NCBI GenBank assembly: GCA_963736455.1
Contig: CAVTON010000002.1
Location: 1,112,620 to 1,176,619 of the forward strand
Length of the DNA stretch: 64,000 nucleotides
Reading direction: 5' to 3'
DNA from: an uncultured Acidobacteriota bacterium
GTDB taxonomy: Bacteria; Acidobacteriota; Thermoanaerobaculia; UBA5066; Gp7-AA6
Shown here: positions 1 to 11,029 of the stretch, in pieces
Layout of the letters: every line of letters begins with the position of its first letter
Position numbering within the stretch: the stretch's first letter is position 1
Notes under the pieces: model-generated
What the model was told of the DNA's origin: nothing
Database searches by the model: none
Seen by the model: the letters and a program-made list of their open reading frames with translations, nothing else
Program-made: the position numbers and the translations under genes

Positions 1-2344
<2,344 letters not shown>

Positions 2345-2359
2345 AGGGAAGGAAGGAAG

Positions 2360-2605
2360 ATGGACACGGTCAAAGTTTTCGACAACCTGGATCGGCGAAT
2401 CGAAAAGCTCATCGCCCGGCTGAAGCAGCTCGAGACCGACAACGACAAGCTGCGAGCCGATGCGGCGTCGGCCCGTAAGGCGGAGAAGGACGCGGGCGAA
2501 TCGCGCGGCACGGTCGAGCGTCTCGAAAAGGAACAGGAGCTCGTACGCGAACGGCTCGAGAAGCTCATCCGCGCCCTCGAGGCGGCCGATGAAAAGAAGT
2601 CCTGA
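2360..2605 (+). CDS. zapB: ZapB-like coiled-coil cell-division protein
   Basis: 81-aa Glu/Lys/Arg/Leu-rich heptad protein (MDTVKVFDNLDRRIEKLIARLKQLETDNDKL...) immediately upstream of zapA. Size and composition match ZapB/DUF904. Confidence 0.5.
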   Translation: MDTVKVFDNLDRRIEKLIARLKQLETDNDKLRADAASARKAEKDAGESRGTVERLEKEQELVRERLEKLIRALEAADEKKS

Positions 2606-2700
2606 AGAAGTCAAAGTCCGGCAGTGAGTTGCGGCTAAACCGTTGACTCCGTTGGTTCCGGCGCACTAGACTCGCCGCGGAAAGGAGTCAGTGTCTCGAT

Positions 2701-2994
2701 TTGGATAAGCGGGGCAGTGTGACTCAGGTCGAAATCTTCGGACAGACGTACAGCGTCCGCGCCGAGGGTGAGAGCGGCTATGTTCATGATCTGGCTCGCT
2801 TTGTGGATTCCCGAATGAAAGAAGTGGCGGAGCGGACCGCGACGGTCGACACCACGAAGATCGCGATTCTCGCTGCGCTGAACATTACGGATGATCTTTA
2901 CCAGGCGGAAAAACGTCGGCAGGGCGACCCCACGGACGCGAAGGCCCGCGTGGAGCGCCTGATTCGAAAACTGGACGACGCCCTGGGCGCCTGA
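2701..2994 (+). CDS. zapA: Cell division protein ZapA
   Basis: 97-aa protein starting VTQVEIFGQTYSVRAEGESGYVHDLARFVDSRMKEV, matching the ZapA family. TTG start, with an AGGAG RBS 13 nt upstream. Confidence 0.75.
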   Translation: MDKRGSVTQVEIFGQTYSVRAEGESGYVHDLARFVDSRMKEVAERTATVDTTKIAILAALNITDDLYQAEKRRQGDPTDAKARVERLIRKLDDALGA

Positions 2995-3165
2995 AGGCGA
3001 GGCGTCGGCACCCCGAGGGAATCGGGGAACACACGATCGGAATACGAGTGGTCCTGAGCCGCGGTCCCGTGCAGTCGGTGTTTCACTCTCGTCGGAAGGG
3101 TTCCTTCCGGTCCATCGTGTAGCCGCGCCCAGTCCTGCGGCGCCCCCGGGCATTTGGGGGGCGGA

Positions 3166-4734
3166 ATGAACACAACTTTCGCGGCGGCGGCCGTGGCGGG
3201 GCTGGTCCTTGCCGCGGTCCTCACCGCCATCGGCTACTTCTTCACCCGCAAGAAGGTCGGGAAGGAGCGCCTCGGCATCCGAACCGAGGCGGACCGAGCG
3301 CTGGCCGAGGCCCGCAAGCAGGCGGAGTCGAAGGTCCGCGAGGCCGACATCGAGGCCAAGGAGAAGGTCCTGGCCGCCCGGGTCGAATTCGACAAGACCG
3401 TTCAGGCGCGGCGCCAGGAGATCGCCGCCCTCGAAAAGCGGGTCCAGCAGAAGGAAGAAAACCTCGACCGCAAGCTGATGCAGCAGGAGCGGCGGGAGGA
3501 GGAATTCGCCCGGAAGGAAAAGGCCATCGGCGATCAGCAGAAAAAGCTGGAGGACAAAGAGGCGGAGATCCAGACGGTCATCGACGAGCAGCGCAAGCGG
3601 CTCGAGCAGATCTCGGGCCTCACGGCCGTCGACGCCCGCCGGGACCTCGTCAAGTCGGTCGAGAACGAGGCGCGGCTCGAGGCCGCCGGCCTGATCCGGC
3701 GCATCGAGGAGGAGGCCAACGAGCAGGCGACGCAGAAGGCGCGCCGGATCATCGGCATGGCGATCCAGCGCCTGGCCTCCGACACGGTCGTCGAGGCGAC
3801 GGTCTCGGTCGTGGAGCTCCCCTCCGACGACCTGAAGGGCCGCATCATCGGCCGGGAGGGCCGCAACATCCGCGCCCTCGAGGCCGCGACCGGAGTGGAC
3901 CTCATCATCGACGACACCCCCGAGGCGATCGTCATCTCCGCCTTCGAGCCGCTGCGCCGCGAGGTCGCCCGCCACGCGCTCGAGAAGCTCATCGTGGACG
4001 GACGGATCCATCCGGCCCGCATCGAGGAGATCGTCGAAAAGGTCCGTTCCGAGCTGTGGGAAAAGATCCGCCAGGAGGGCGAGGCGACGGCGCTCGAGTT
4101 CGGCATCCCGGATCTCCATCCGGAGCTCGTGAAGATGCTCGGACGGCTGAAGTATCGGACGTCGTACGGCCAGAACGTGCTGCAGCACTCGAAGGAAGTC
4201 GGCTGGCTGGCGATGAACATGGCCGCCGAGCTCGGGGCCGACGTCGAGGTCGTGCGCCGGGCGGGTCTGCTCCACGACATCGGCAAGGCCATCGACCGGG
4301 AAATGGAGGGAACGCACCTCGAGCTCGGACGGGAGGTCCTGAAGAAGTTCGGCGAGTCGAACGAGGTCATTCACGCGATGGAATGCCACCACGGCGACTA
4401 CGAGCCGCGGTCGCTCGAGGCCGTTCTCGTCAACGGCGCCGACGCCCTGTCGGCCGCGCGGCCGGGGGCCCGCCGGGAGATCCTCGAGACCTACGTCAAG
4501 CGGCTCGAGAAGCTCGAGCACATCGCGGACGGGTTCAAGGGCGTGCAGAAGGCGTTCGCGATCCAGGCAGGGCGCGAGCTCCGCATCGTGGTCGAGGCCA
4601 ACAAGGTCACCGACGACGAGGCGCTGTGGCTCTCCCGCGACGTGGCCAAGAAGATCGAGGCCGAGCTGCAGTATCCCGGGCAGATCAAGGTGACCGTCAT
4701 CCGGGAGACGCGCGCCGTCGAATATGCGCGCTGA
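3166..4734 (+). CDS. rny: Ribonuclease Y
   Basis: N-terminal TM helix, a long Glu/Lys coiled coil, a KH domain ([13 protein letters not shown]) and an HD domain (LLHDIGKA...HHGD). ATG 3166 is preferred, preceded by a GGGGGG RBS; the track starts at TTG 3154. Confidence 0.9.
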   Translation: MNTTFAAAAVAGLVLAAVLTAIGYFFTRKKVGKERLGIRTEADRALAEARKQAESKVREADIEAKEKVLAARVEFDKTVQARRQEIAALEKRVQQKEENLDRKLMQQERREEEFARKEKAIGDQQKKLEDKEAEIQTVIDEQRKRLEQISGLTAVDARRDLVKSVENEARLEAAGLIRRIEEEANEQATQKARRIIGMAIQRLASDTVVEATVSVVELPSDDLKGRIIGREGRNIRALEAATGVDLIIDDTPEAIVISAFEPLRREVARHALEKLIVDGRIHPARIEEIVEKVRSELWEKIRQEGEATALEFGIPDLHPELVKMLGRLKYRTSYGQNVLQHSKEVGWLAMNMAAELGADVEVVRRAGLLHDIGKAIDREMEGTHLELGREVLKKFGESNEVIHAMECHHGDYEPRSLEAVLVNGADALSAARPGARREILETYVKRLEKLEHIADGFKGVQKAFAIQAGRELRIVVEANKVTDDEALWLSRDVAKKIEAELQYPGQIKVTVIRETRAVEYAR

Positions 4735-4740
4735 CGCCGA

Positions 4741-5523
4741 ATGAACATCCTCTTCATCGGCGACGTCGTCGGGGCGCCCGGACGGCGGGCGCTCGTCGAG
4801 GCGCTCGAGGGCGTCATCGACCGCCATCGCATCGACTTCACGATCGTCAACGTCGAAAACGCCGCGGGCGGGTTCGGCCTGACGGTCGACCTGTTCGACG
4901 ACCTCTCGAAGATGCCGATCGACGTCTTCACCTCCGGCAATCACATCTGGGACAAGAAGGAGATCTACGACGCGCTGAACGCGTCGGACCGTCTCCTCCG
5001 GCCCGCCAACTACCCGCCGGGAAATCCGGGGCGGGGGTGGACGGTCCAATCGACCGCGGCGGGCGTGCCGGTCGGCGTCCTGAATCTCCAGGGGCAGGTC
5101 TTCATGCCGGCCAACGCCGATTCGCCGTTTCGCGTCGCCGACGAGGAGCTCGCCCGCGCCGGCGAGGTCAAGGTCGTCTTCGTGGACGTCCATGCGGAGG
5201 CGACGTCCGAGAAGGCGGCGCTCGGCTGGTACCTCGACGGACGCGTATCGGCGGTCGTCGGCACGCACACCCACGTTCCGACCGCCGACGAGACGATCCG
5301 GCCCGGCGGGACGGCCTACCTGTCCGATGCGGGGATGACGGGCGCGTACGAAGGCATCATCGGCTTTTCGAAGGATCGGATCATCGAAAAGTTCCTGTCG
5401 CAGACCCCGCGATCCTTCGAGACGGCGAAGAAGGACATCCGTCTCTCCGGGGCCGTCGTCGACGTGGACGAGACGACCGGCAAGGCGCGCCGGATCGAGC
5501 GCGTGCAGGTGAGGGTGGACTAG
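4741..5523 (+). CDS. ymdB: YmdB-family metallophosphoesterase (TIGR00282; 2',3'-cyclic-nucleotide phosphodiesterase)
   Basis: MNILFIGDVVGAPGR...NVENAAGGFG...GNHIWDKKE..., the conserved rny-ymdB pair. Confidence 0.85.
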   Translation: MNILFIGDVVGAPGRRALVEALEGVIDRHRIDFTIVNVENAAGGFGLTVDLFDDLSKMPIDVFTSGNHIWDKKEIYDALNASDRLLRPANYPPGNPGRGWTVQSTAAGVPVGVLNLQGQVFMPANADSPFRVADEELARAGEVKVVFVDVHAEATSEKAALGWYLDGRVSAVVGTHTHVPTADETIRPGGTAYLSDAGMTGAYEGIIGFSKDRIIEKFLSQTPRSFETAKKDIRLSGAVVDVDETTGKARRIERVQVRVD

Positions 5524-5536
5524 GAATCGCCTCGCG

Positions 5537-6364
5537 ATGTCGCGTCCGACACTCACCGCAATCATCACCACCCTGAACGAGGAGGTCAACGTCCGCGACT
5601 GCCTCGAGAGCGTCGCGTTCGCCGACGAGGTCCTCCTGGTCGACTCGTTCTCGACCGATCGCACCGTGGAGATCGCGCGGGGATTTCCGACGGTCCGCGT
5701 CGTCCAGCGCGAGTATTTCGGCTCTGCCGCCCAGAAGAACTGGGCCATGGACCAGGTCACCACGCCGTGGCTGCTGATCGTGGATGCGGACGAGCGCATC
5801 CCGGAGCGGCTCGCCCGCGAGATCCGGGCCGTCGTCGAGCGCGAACCCCGGGAAAGCCAGTTCTTCGTGCGCCGCGAGAACGTCTTCATCGATCGGGTCA
5901 TCCGTCACTCCGGCTGGTCCACGGACAAGGTCGTGCGCCTGGTCCGCCGGGGTACGGTGCGGTATCCGAACCGGCGCGTGCACGCGGATCTCCCGGCCGA
6001 CGGGCCGACGCCGACCCTGTTGGTGCCGATGATCCATTACACGTGCCGCTCTCTTCCGCAGTACCTCGAGAAGCTCCATCGCTACGCGGCCTGGGGAGCC
6101 GCCGACGCCTTCCGGCAGGGGCGCCGCGCGGGCTTCGTCGAGCTTCTCCTGCGGCCCGTCTGGCGCTTTCTCCGCATGTACGTCGTCCAGGGCGGATTTC
6201 TCGACGGACGGCACGGGCTCGTCCTCTGTACGCTCCAGGGCTGGGGCGTTTTTCTGAAGTGGGCGCGAGTCTGGGAGTGGAACCAGTTGCGCCGCAACGG
6301 GTGGACCGTGGAGCTGCCCGCATATGATGAGTCCCCGGAAACCTGGGAAGGCCCCGTTCCGTGA
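5537..6364 (+). CDS. Family 2 glycosyltransferase (LPS core type, WaaE/KdtX-like)
   Basis: TAIITTLNEE...LLVDSFSTDRT...LIVDADER is a GT-A DxD fold. Confidence 0.7.
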   Translation: MSRPTLTAIITTLNEEVNVRDCLESVAFADEVLLVDSFSTDRTVEIARGFPTVRVVQREYFGSAAQKNWAMDQVTTPWLLIVDADERIPERLAREIRAVVEREPRESQFFVRRENVFIDRVIRHSGWSTDKVVRLVRRGTVRYPNRRVHADLPADGPTPTLLVPMIHYTCRSLPQYLEKLHRYAAWGAADAFRQGRRAGFVELLLRPVWRFLRMYVVQGGFLDGRHGLVLCTLQGWGVFLKWARVWEWNQLRRNGWTVELPAYDESPETWEGPVP

Positions 6365-6399
6365 TCGGGATTCTCAAATCGATGTGGAGGAAGCCGAAC

Positions 6400-6837
6400 A
6401 TGCTGAGCGTGGGAGACCCGGCCCCCGAGTTCGCCGTTTCGGATCACACGGGCCGCACCCGCCGCCTCGGGGATTACCGCGGCCGGTGGGTCGTCCTGTG
6501 GTTCTATCCCAAGGCCGACACGCCCGGTTGAACGGTCGAGGGTTGCGGGTTCCGCGACCTCTACCCCGAATTCCAGAAGAAGAACGCCGAGATCCTGGGT
6601 GTCTCCTTCGACACGGTCGAGGAGAACGCGGCGTTTGCCAAAAAGTTCGCGTATCCCTTTCCGCTTCTCTGCGACGTCCGGCGCGAGATGGGGGTCGCCT
6701 ACGGCGCCGCCGACGACGCCAGGGCGGGAAACGCCAGCCGGATCACCTACGTCATCGGGCCGGACGGGCGCATCGCCCAGGCCCACGCGAAGGTCTCGCC
6801 GAAGTCGCACCCGCAGGAGATTCTCGCGTCGATCTGA
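6400..6837 (+). CDS. bcp: Selenocysteine-containing thiol peroxidase Bcp/PrxQ (Sec at codon 44, TGA 6529-6531)
   Basis: ATG 6400 with a GGAGG RBS at 6386-6390. Translation: MLSVGDPAPEFAVSDHTGRTRRLGDYRGRWVVLWFYPKADTPG-U-TVEGCGFRDLYPEFQKKNAEILGVSFDTVEENAAFAKKFAYPFPLLCDVRREMGVAYGAAD...YVIGPDGRIAQAH. This aligns with E. coli Bcp (YPKAMTPGCTVQACGLRD): the TGA sits at the peroxidatic Cys and the resolving Cys five residues on is kept. Coding continues cleanly to TGA 6835-6837. Not in the ORF track because the internal TGA splits it. Confidence 0.7.
6532..6560 (+). promoter_or_regulatory. Candidate bacterial SECIS hairpin directing Sec insertion at UGA 6529-6531
   Basis: GGUUGCGG-GUU-CCGCGACC (6541-6559) folds as an 8-bp stem with a U.G wobble and a small G/U loop. 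An alternative outer stem is GGUCG(6534-6538)/CGACC(6555-6559). It starts 9-10 nt after the UGA and resembles the apical E. coli fdhF SECIS (GGUUGCAGGUCUGCACC). Confidence 0.5.
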
Positions 6838-6965
6838 GCGGCGCTCGACGCGCCGGACGAGAGAGGGGAAGTCGCTGGACCGCCCTCGCCCGAGCGATCG
6901 GCGCCAACCAGGACATTCGGCAGAGGCGGGACCGGGGCCGGTATACTCGCGCGGCGGAGGAGAGC

Positions 6966-7220
6966 ATGGCCGTCGATCCGGAGCTGCTGGCGATTCTGGT
7001 GTGCCCCAAGACCAAGGGCCCGCTCGAGCTCGTCGAGCTCAAGGACGCCACCCGAAAGGCCCTCGTCGAAAAGTATCGGGAGAAGTTCCGCGACGAGGAG
7101 CCCGTCGTGACCCAGGGCCTCTATTCCCCGCAGGCGGACCTCGTCTATCCGATCGTTTCGGACATCCCGGTGATGCTGATCGACGAGGCGCTTCCCGGTT
7201 CCGAGGCGGCCGGACGGTAG
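6966..7220 (+). CDS. Trm112/YcaR-family small protein (UPF0434)
   Basis: MAVDPELLAILVCPKTKGPLELVE...YPIVSDIPVMLIDEA is the Trm112 signature. GGAGGAG RBS; TATACT -10-like at about 6937. Confidence 0.7.
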   Translation: MAVDPELLAILVCPKTKGPLELVELKDATRKALVEKYREKFRDEEPVVTQGLYSPQADLVYPIVSDIPVMLIDEALPGSEAAGR

Positions 7221-7383
7221 GACGCCGGCGGCGGACGAGAGACTGCAGACGGCAGACGGTTCGGGGCGGCCTCAGACGGCCGGTTCGTCGGCGGCGTTCG
7301 GCCTGCTCTGTCTCTTCGCTTTCCTGACGCCGTTCATCGCGCCCGCATACGTCGCTTCGGGGCTTCTGCTCCTGGCGTGGGTC

Positions 7384-8445
7384 GTGGAGCTGCGGCGCGC
7401 GGGGCGGCGCCCCGGGGGGTTTCGGTCGAAGTTCTTCTTCGCGTTCCTGCTGCTCGCCGCCTTCACGATCCTCTCGGCCGTCTTCTCGAGCGATCCCGCG
7501 GCCAGCTCCCGCCACCTGGGAGGGCTCGGACTCTTTCTTCTCGTGCCCGCGACGATGGATCTCGCCGAGACCCCGCGCCGCGCCCGAATCCTCGCCCTCT
7601 CGCTCACGGCGAGCGCCGTGGTGCTCTCGATCCTCGGCATCTGGCAGTTTCTCCACGGCGGCGACGATCTCCAGAGCCGAATCCGGGCGACGCTCTCTCA
7701 CTACATGACGTTCTCGGGAATCGAGCTGATTGCGGCATGCCTGCTGCTGGGGTTTCTCTTCGAAGGGAAGGGGACGGCGCGGGCGATTGGCCTGATCGCG
7801 ATCCTGCCTCTGACGGCGGTGCTCCTGACGTTCACGCGCAACGCGTACGTCGGAATCGTCGCGGCGCTCGTGCTCTATGCCGGGGTCCGCCGGCCCAGGC
7901 TGCTTCCGGCGATCGTGGTCGCTCTCCTGGCGATTTACTTCGCCTCGCCGGCCGGCATCCGCGAGCGCATTCGCTCGACCGTGGACCTCTCGGACCCGAC
8001 GAATCGCGACCGGGTGGCGATGGCGCACGCGGGCGCGCGCATGATCCGCGACCGCCCGATCTTCGGTCTCGGGCCGGAGATGGTCCAGGCGTACTACCCG
8101 CTCTACCGCGACCCGGACGCGCTGCGCTGGAACGTGCCGCACCTCCACGACAACGTGATCCAGATCGCCGCGGCGAACGGGCTCTTCGCCGCCGCCGCCT
8201 ACCTCGCGATCGTCGCGATGTTCCTCGCGCGCGCCATCGCCCTCGTGCGGCGGAGCGACGGGCCCGATCGCGCCGTGCTCTGGGCGGGCGTGCTGCTCGC
8301 CGGCACGGCGATCACGATCGCCGGGCTCTTCGAATACAACTTCGGCGACACGGAAGTCGAGATGGCGACGCTGATCGTCCTCGGCCTCCCGTTCTCGCGG
8401 GCCGCGAGCCCGGAGGGGTCGGCCGGCTCGGACGATCCGGGCTAG
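7384..8445 (+). CDS. O-antigen ligase family (Wzy_C) polytopic membrane protein
   Basis: Multiple TM helices plus LTFTRNAYVGIVAALVLYAG and a periplasmic loop. GTG start per the track; a hydrophobic in-frame stretch upstream (7261-7383) has no ATG/GTG/TTG, so the true start is uncertain. Confidence 0.6.
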   Translation: MELRRAGRRPGGFRSKFFFAFLLLAAFTILSAVFSSDPAASSRHLGGLGLFLLVPATMDLAETPRRARILALSLTASAVVLSILGIWQFLHGGDDLQSRIRATLSHYMTFSGIELIAACLLLGFLFEGKGTARAIGLIAILPLTAVLLTFTRNAYVGIVAALVLYAGVRRPRLLPAIVVALLAIYFASPAGIRERIRSTVDLSDPTNRDRVAMAHAGARMIRDRPIFGLGPEMVQAYYPLYRDPDALRWNVPHLHDNVIQIAAANGLFAAAAYLAIVAMFLARAIALVRRSDGPDRAVLWAGVLLAGTAITIAGLFEYNFGDTEVEMATLIVLGLPFSRAASPEGSAGSDDPG

Positions 8446-8455
8446 AATCCTGCCG

Positions 8456-9859
8456 ATGCTTCTCCGCCCGGTTCCCGTCCCCGCGCCCCCGCGGCCGTAC
8501 ACGGTCAGCGAGCTCATCGCGGAGGTGGCGCTGGTGCTTCGGACGACGTGGCGGGACGTCTCGGTCGTCGGAGAGATCGCGCGCTTCGACGAGCGGGGCG
8601 GCCACGGCTACTTCGTGCTGAAGGACCGGACCTCTTCTCTTTCCGCCATCATTTTTGCGTCGGATTTCAAGCGCGTGCCCTTCCGCCTCGAGCCCGGCCT
8701 CGAGGTCGTCGTGCGCGGCTCGGTCGACCTGTACGCGCCGCAGGGAAAGTTCCAGGTCAGGGCTTTCGCCGTCGAACCGGTCGGACGCGGAGCCCTGCAG
8801 CTCGCCTTCGAGCAGCTGAAGGCGCGCCTCGAGGCCGAGGGACTCTTCGATCCAGCGCGCAAGCGGGCGATCCCGAAGCTGCCGCGGCGCATCGCCGTCG
8901 TGACGTCGCCGACGGGCGCCGTCGTGCGGGACATCCTGCAGGTGTTGTCCCGCCGCTTCGACACCCTGGCGGTCACGATCTACCCGGTCCGCGTCCAGGG
9001 GGAGCTCGCGGCCCTCGAGATCGCCGCGGCGATCGCTCACCTCGGGCGGCGCGGCGGATTCGACGTGCTGATCCTCGCCCGGGGGGGCGGCTCGCCGGAG
9101 GACCTGGCTCCGTTCAACGACGAGCGCGTGGCCCGGGCCCTGGCCGCGTCGATGATCCCGTCGATCTGCGGCGTCGGGCACGAGACCGACGTGACGATCG
9201 CCGACCTGGTGGCCGACCTGCGCGCGCCGACGCCTTCCGCGGCGGCCGAGCTCGTGATCGAACGCAAGGACGAGGTCCTGCGGCGGCTCGAGAACGCGCG
9301 GCGGCAGCTCGTGCGGGGCCTCCGCGGCCGCCTCGCCCTGTCGCGGGCGCACCTCTCGGCGGCCGGCCGCTCCGAGGCGCTCTCCGGATTCCCGCGGCGC
9401 GTGGCCGAGCGACGACAGACCGTATCGCAGAGCCGAGATGCGCTGACCACCCGGCTGCGTCGCCGGCCCGCCGAATACGCCGCGCGCCTCCGCGCCGCGC
9501 TCCGATATCTCGCGGACTTTTCCCGCGTCGCGGAGCTGCCCCGCCGCCGCGACCGGATCGGGAATCTGCGGTCGCTCGCCCTCGAGAAGATGCGGCGCCG
9601 GCTCGAGCGCTGCCGGGCCCGGCTGCGGGAAGACGCGAGCCGCATCGACGCGCTCTCTCCTCTGTCGATCCTCTCCCGCGGCTATGCCGTGGCCTATCGC
9701 GAGGGCTCGGCCGCTCCGCTGACGTCGGCCGCCCAGGTCGCGCTCGGCGAACGGATCCGCGTGCGCCTGCACGAGGGCGAGGTCAAGGCGGTCGTCCACG
9801 AGGGGGGCCGGTTGCCCTCCGCCGGACCGCTCTTCACCGATCGCGAGGAGCCCTCGTGA
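8456..9859 (+). CDS. xseA: Exodeoxyribonuclease VII large subunit
   Basis: N-terminal OB fold (YTVSELIAEVALVL...VVGEIARF) and an ExoVII-L catalytic core, followed by xseB. Confidence 0.9.
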   Translation: MLLRPVPVPAPPRPYTVSELIAEVALVLRTTWRDVSVVGEIARFDERGGHGYFVLKDRTSSLSAIIFASDFKRVPFRLEPGLEVVVRGSVDLYAPQGKFQVRAFAVEPVGRGALQLAFEQLKARLEAEGLFDPARKRAIPKLPRRIAVVTSPTGAVVRDILQVLSRRFDTLAVTIYPVRVQGELAALEIAAAIAHLGRRGGFDVLILARGGGSPEDLAPFNDERVARALAASMIPSICGVGHETDVTIADLVADLRAPTPSAAAELVIERKDEVLRRLENARRQLVRGLRGRLALSRAHLSAAGRSEALSGFPRRVAERRQTVSQSRDALTTRLRRRPAEYAARLRAALRYLADFSRVAELPRRRDRIGNLRSLALEKMRRRLERCRARLREDASRIDALSPLSILSRGYAVAYREGSAAPLTSAAQVALGERIRVRLHEGEVKAVVHEGGRLPSAGPLFTDREEPS

Positions 9860-10128
9860 CCGGGCGCGCGCGCAAGGAGCGGACGTTCGAGGAGGCGATG
9901 GCCCGCCTCGATGCGATCGTCGCGGAGCTCGAGGGCGAGGAGCGGGGCCTCGAAGAGCAGTTCGCGCTCTTCCAGGAGGGGATGGAGCTCGCCCGATTCT
10001 GCGACCGCAAGCTCGGCGACGTCGAGAAGTCCGTCGAGATCGTGCTGAAGGAGGCGGCCGGCGAGTGGAAGACCGCGCCGTTCGACCCGGGACGCACGGC
10101 TCAGGACGAGGATGACGACCGGGACTGA
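9856..10128 (+). CDS. xseB: Exodeoxyribonuclease VII small subunit
   Basis: GTG 9856 overlaps the xseA TGA (GTGA). Translation: ERTFEEAMARLDAIVAELEGEERGLEEQFALFQEGMELARFCDRKL. Confidence 0.8.
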   Translation: MTGRARKERTFEEAMARLDAIVAELEGEERGLEEQFALFQEGMELARFCDRKLGDVEKSVEIVLKEAAGEWKTAPFDPGRTAQDEDDDRD

Positions 10129-11029
10129 GGCCGCGGCCCGAGGCATCGCCGAGTACCTCGCGACGCAGCGCGCGGCCGTGGACCGTGCGCTCGACCGGCT
10201 GCTTCCGGGCGGGGAGGTCTGGCCCGAGAACCTCCACCGCGCCATCCGCCACTCCGTCTTCGCCGGCGGCAAGCGGCTTCGTCCGATCCTGTGTCTCGCC
10301 TCGGCGGAGGTGCTCGGCGCCTCCGCCGAGGACGTGCTCGAGCCGGCGTGCGGCCTCGAGATGATCCATACGTACTCCCTGATCCACGACGATCTGCCGG
10401 CCCTCGACAACGACGACCTGCGGCGGGGAGTCCCGACCTGCCACGTCGTCTTCGGCGAGGCGACGGCGATTCTCGCCGGCGACGCGCTGCTCACGCACGG
10501 GCTCGGTGTCTTCGCGAGCCATCCCAGGGGCGATCGGTTCGCGGCCGCGAAGGTGCGGGTGCTCGAGACGGTCGTCCGCGCGATCGGCACGCAGGGGATG
10601 ATCGGCGGGCAGATGGCCGACATCGAGGCCGAGCAGGAAACGGCTCCGACGGCCGAGCTGCTCGAGCGCATCCACGAAAACAAGACCGGGCGGCTCATGC
10701 GCGCTTCCCTCGCGGCCGGCGCGATCCTCGCCGGCGCGGACGAAGGCGCGCTCGAGCGGATCGACCACTACGGCCGCCGGATCGGCCTCGCGTTCCAGAT
10801 CAAGGACGACCTGCTCGACGTCGAGTCCGATGCCGCGACCCTCGGCAAGGCTTCGAACAAGGACGCGGCGGCCGGAAAGGCGACGTTCCCCGTCGTGTGG
10901 GGCGTCGAGCGCTCGCGGACGCTCCTCGACGAGAACATCGCCGAGGCGGTCGCGGCGGCCGAGGCGCTGCCTCGCCGCGGAGGAGTCCTGCCCGGCCTCG
11001 CGCGCTTCATCGGCGCGCGCAAGTCGTGA
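10112..11029 (+). CDS. ispA: Polyprenyl diphosphate synthase (FPP/GGPP synthase)
   Basis: FARM motif LIHDDLPALDNDDLRRG and SARM motif FQIKDDLLD. Classic xseB-ispA linkage. Confidence 0.85.
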   Translation: MTTGTEAAARGIAEYLATQRAAVDRALDRLLPGGEVWPENLHRAIRHSVFAGGKRLRPILCLASAEVLGASAEDVLEPACGLEMIHTYSLIHDDLPALDNDDLRRGVPTCHVVFGEATAILAGDALLTHGLGVFASHPRGDRFAAAKVRVLETVVRAIGTQGMIGGQMADIEAEQETAPTAELLERIHENKTGRLMRASLAAGAILAGADEGALERIDHYGRRIGLAFQIKDDLLDVESDAATLGKASNKDAAAGKATFPVVWGVERSRTLLDENIAEAVAAAEALPRRGGVLPGLARFIGARKS

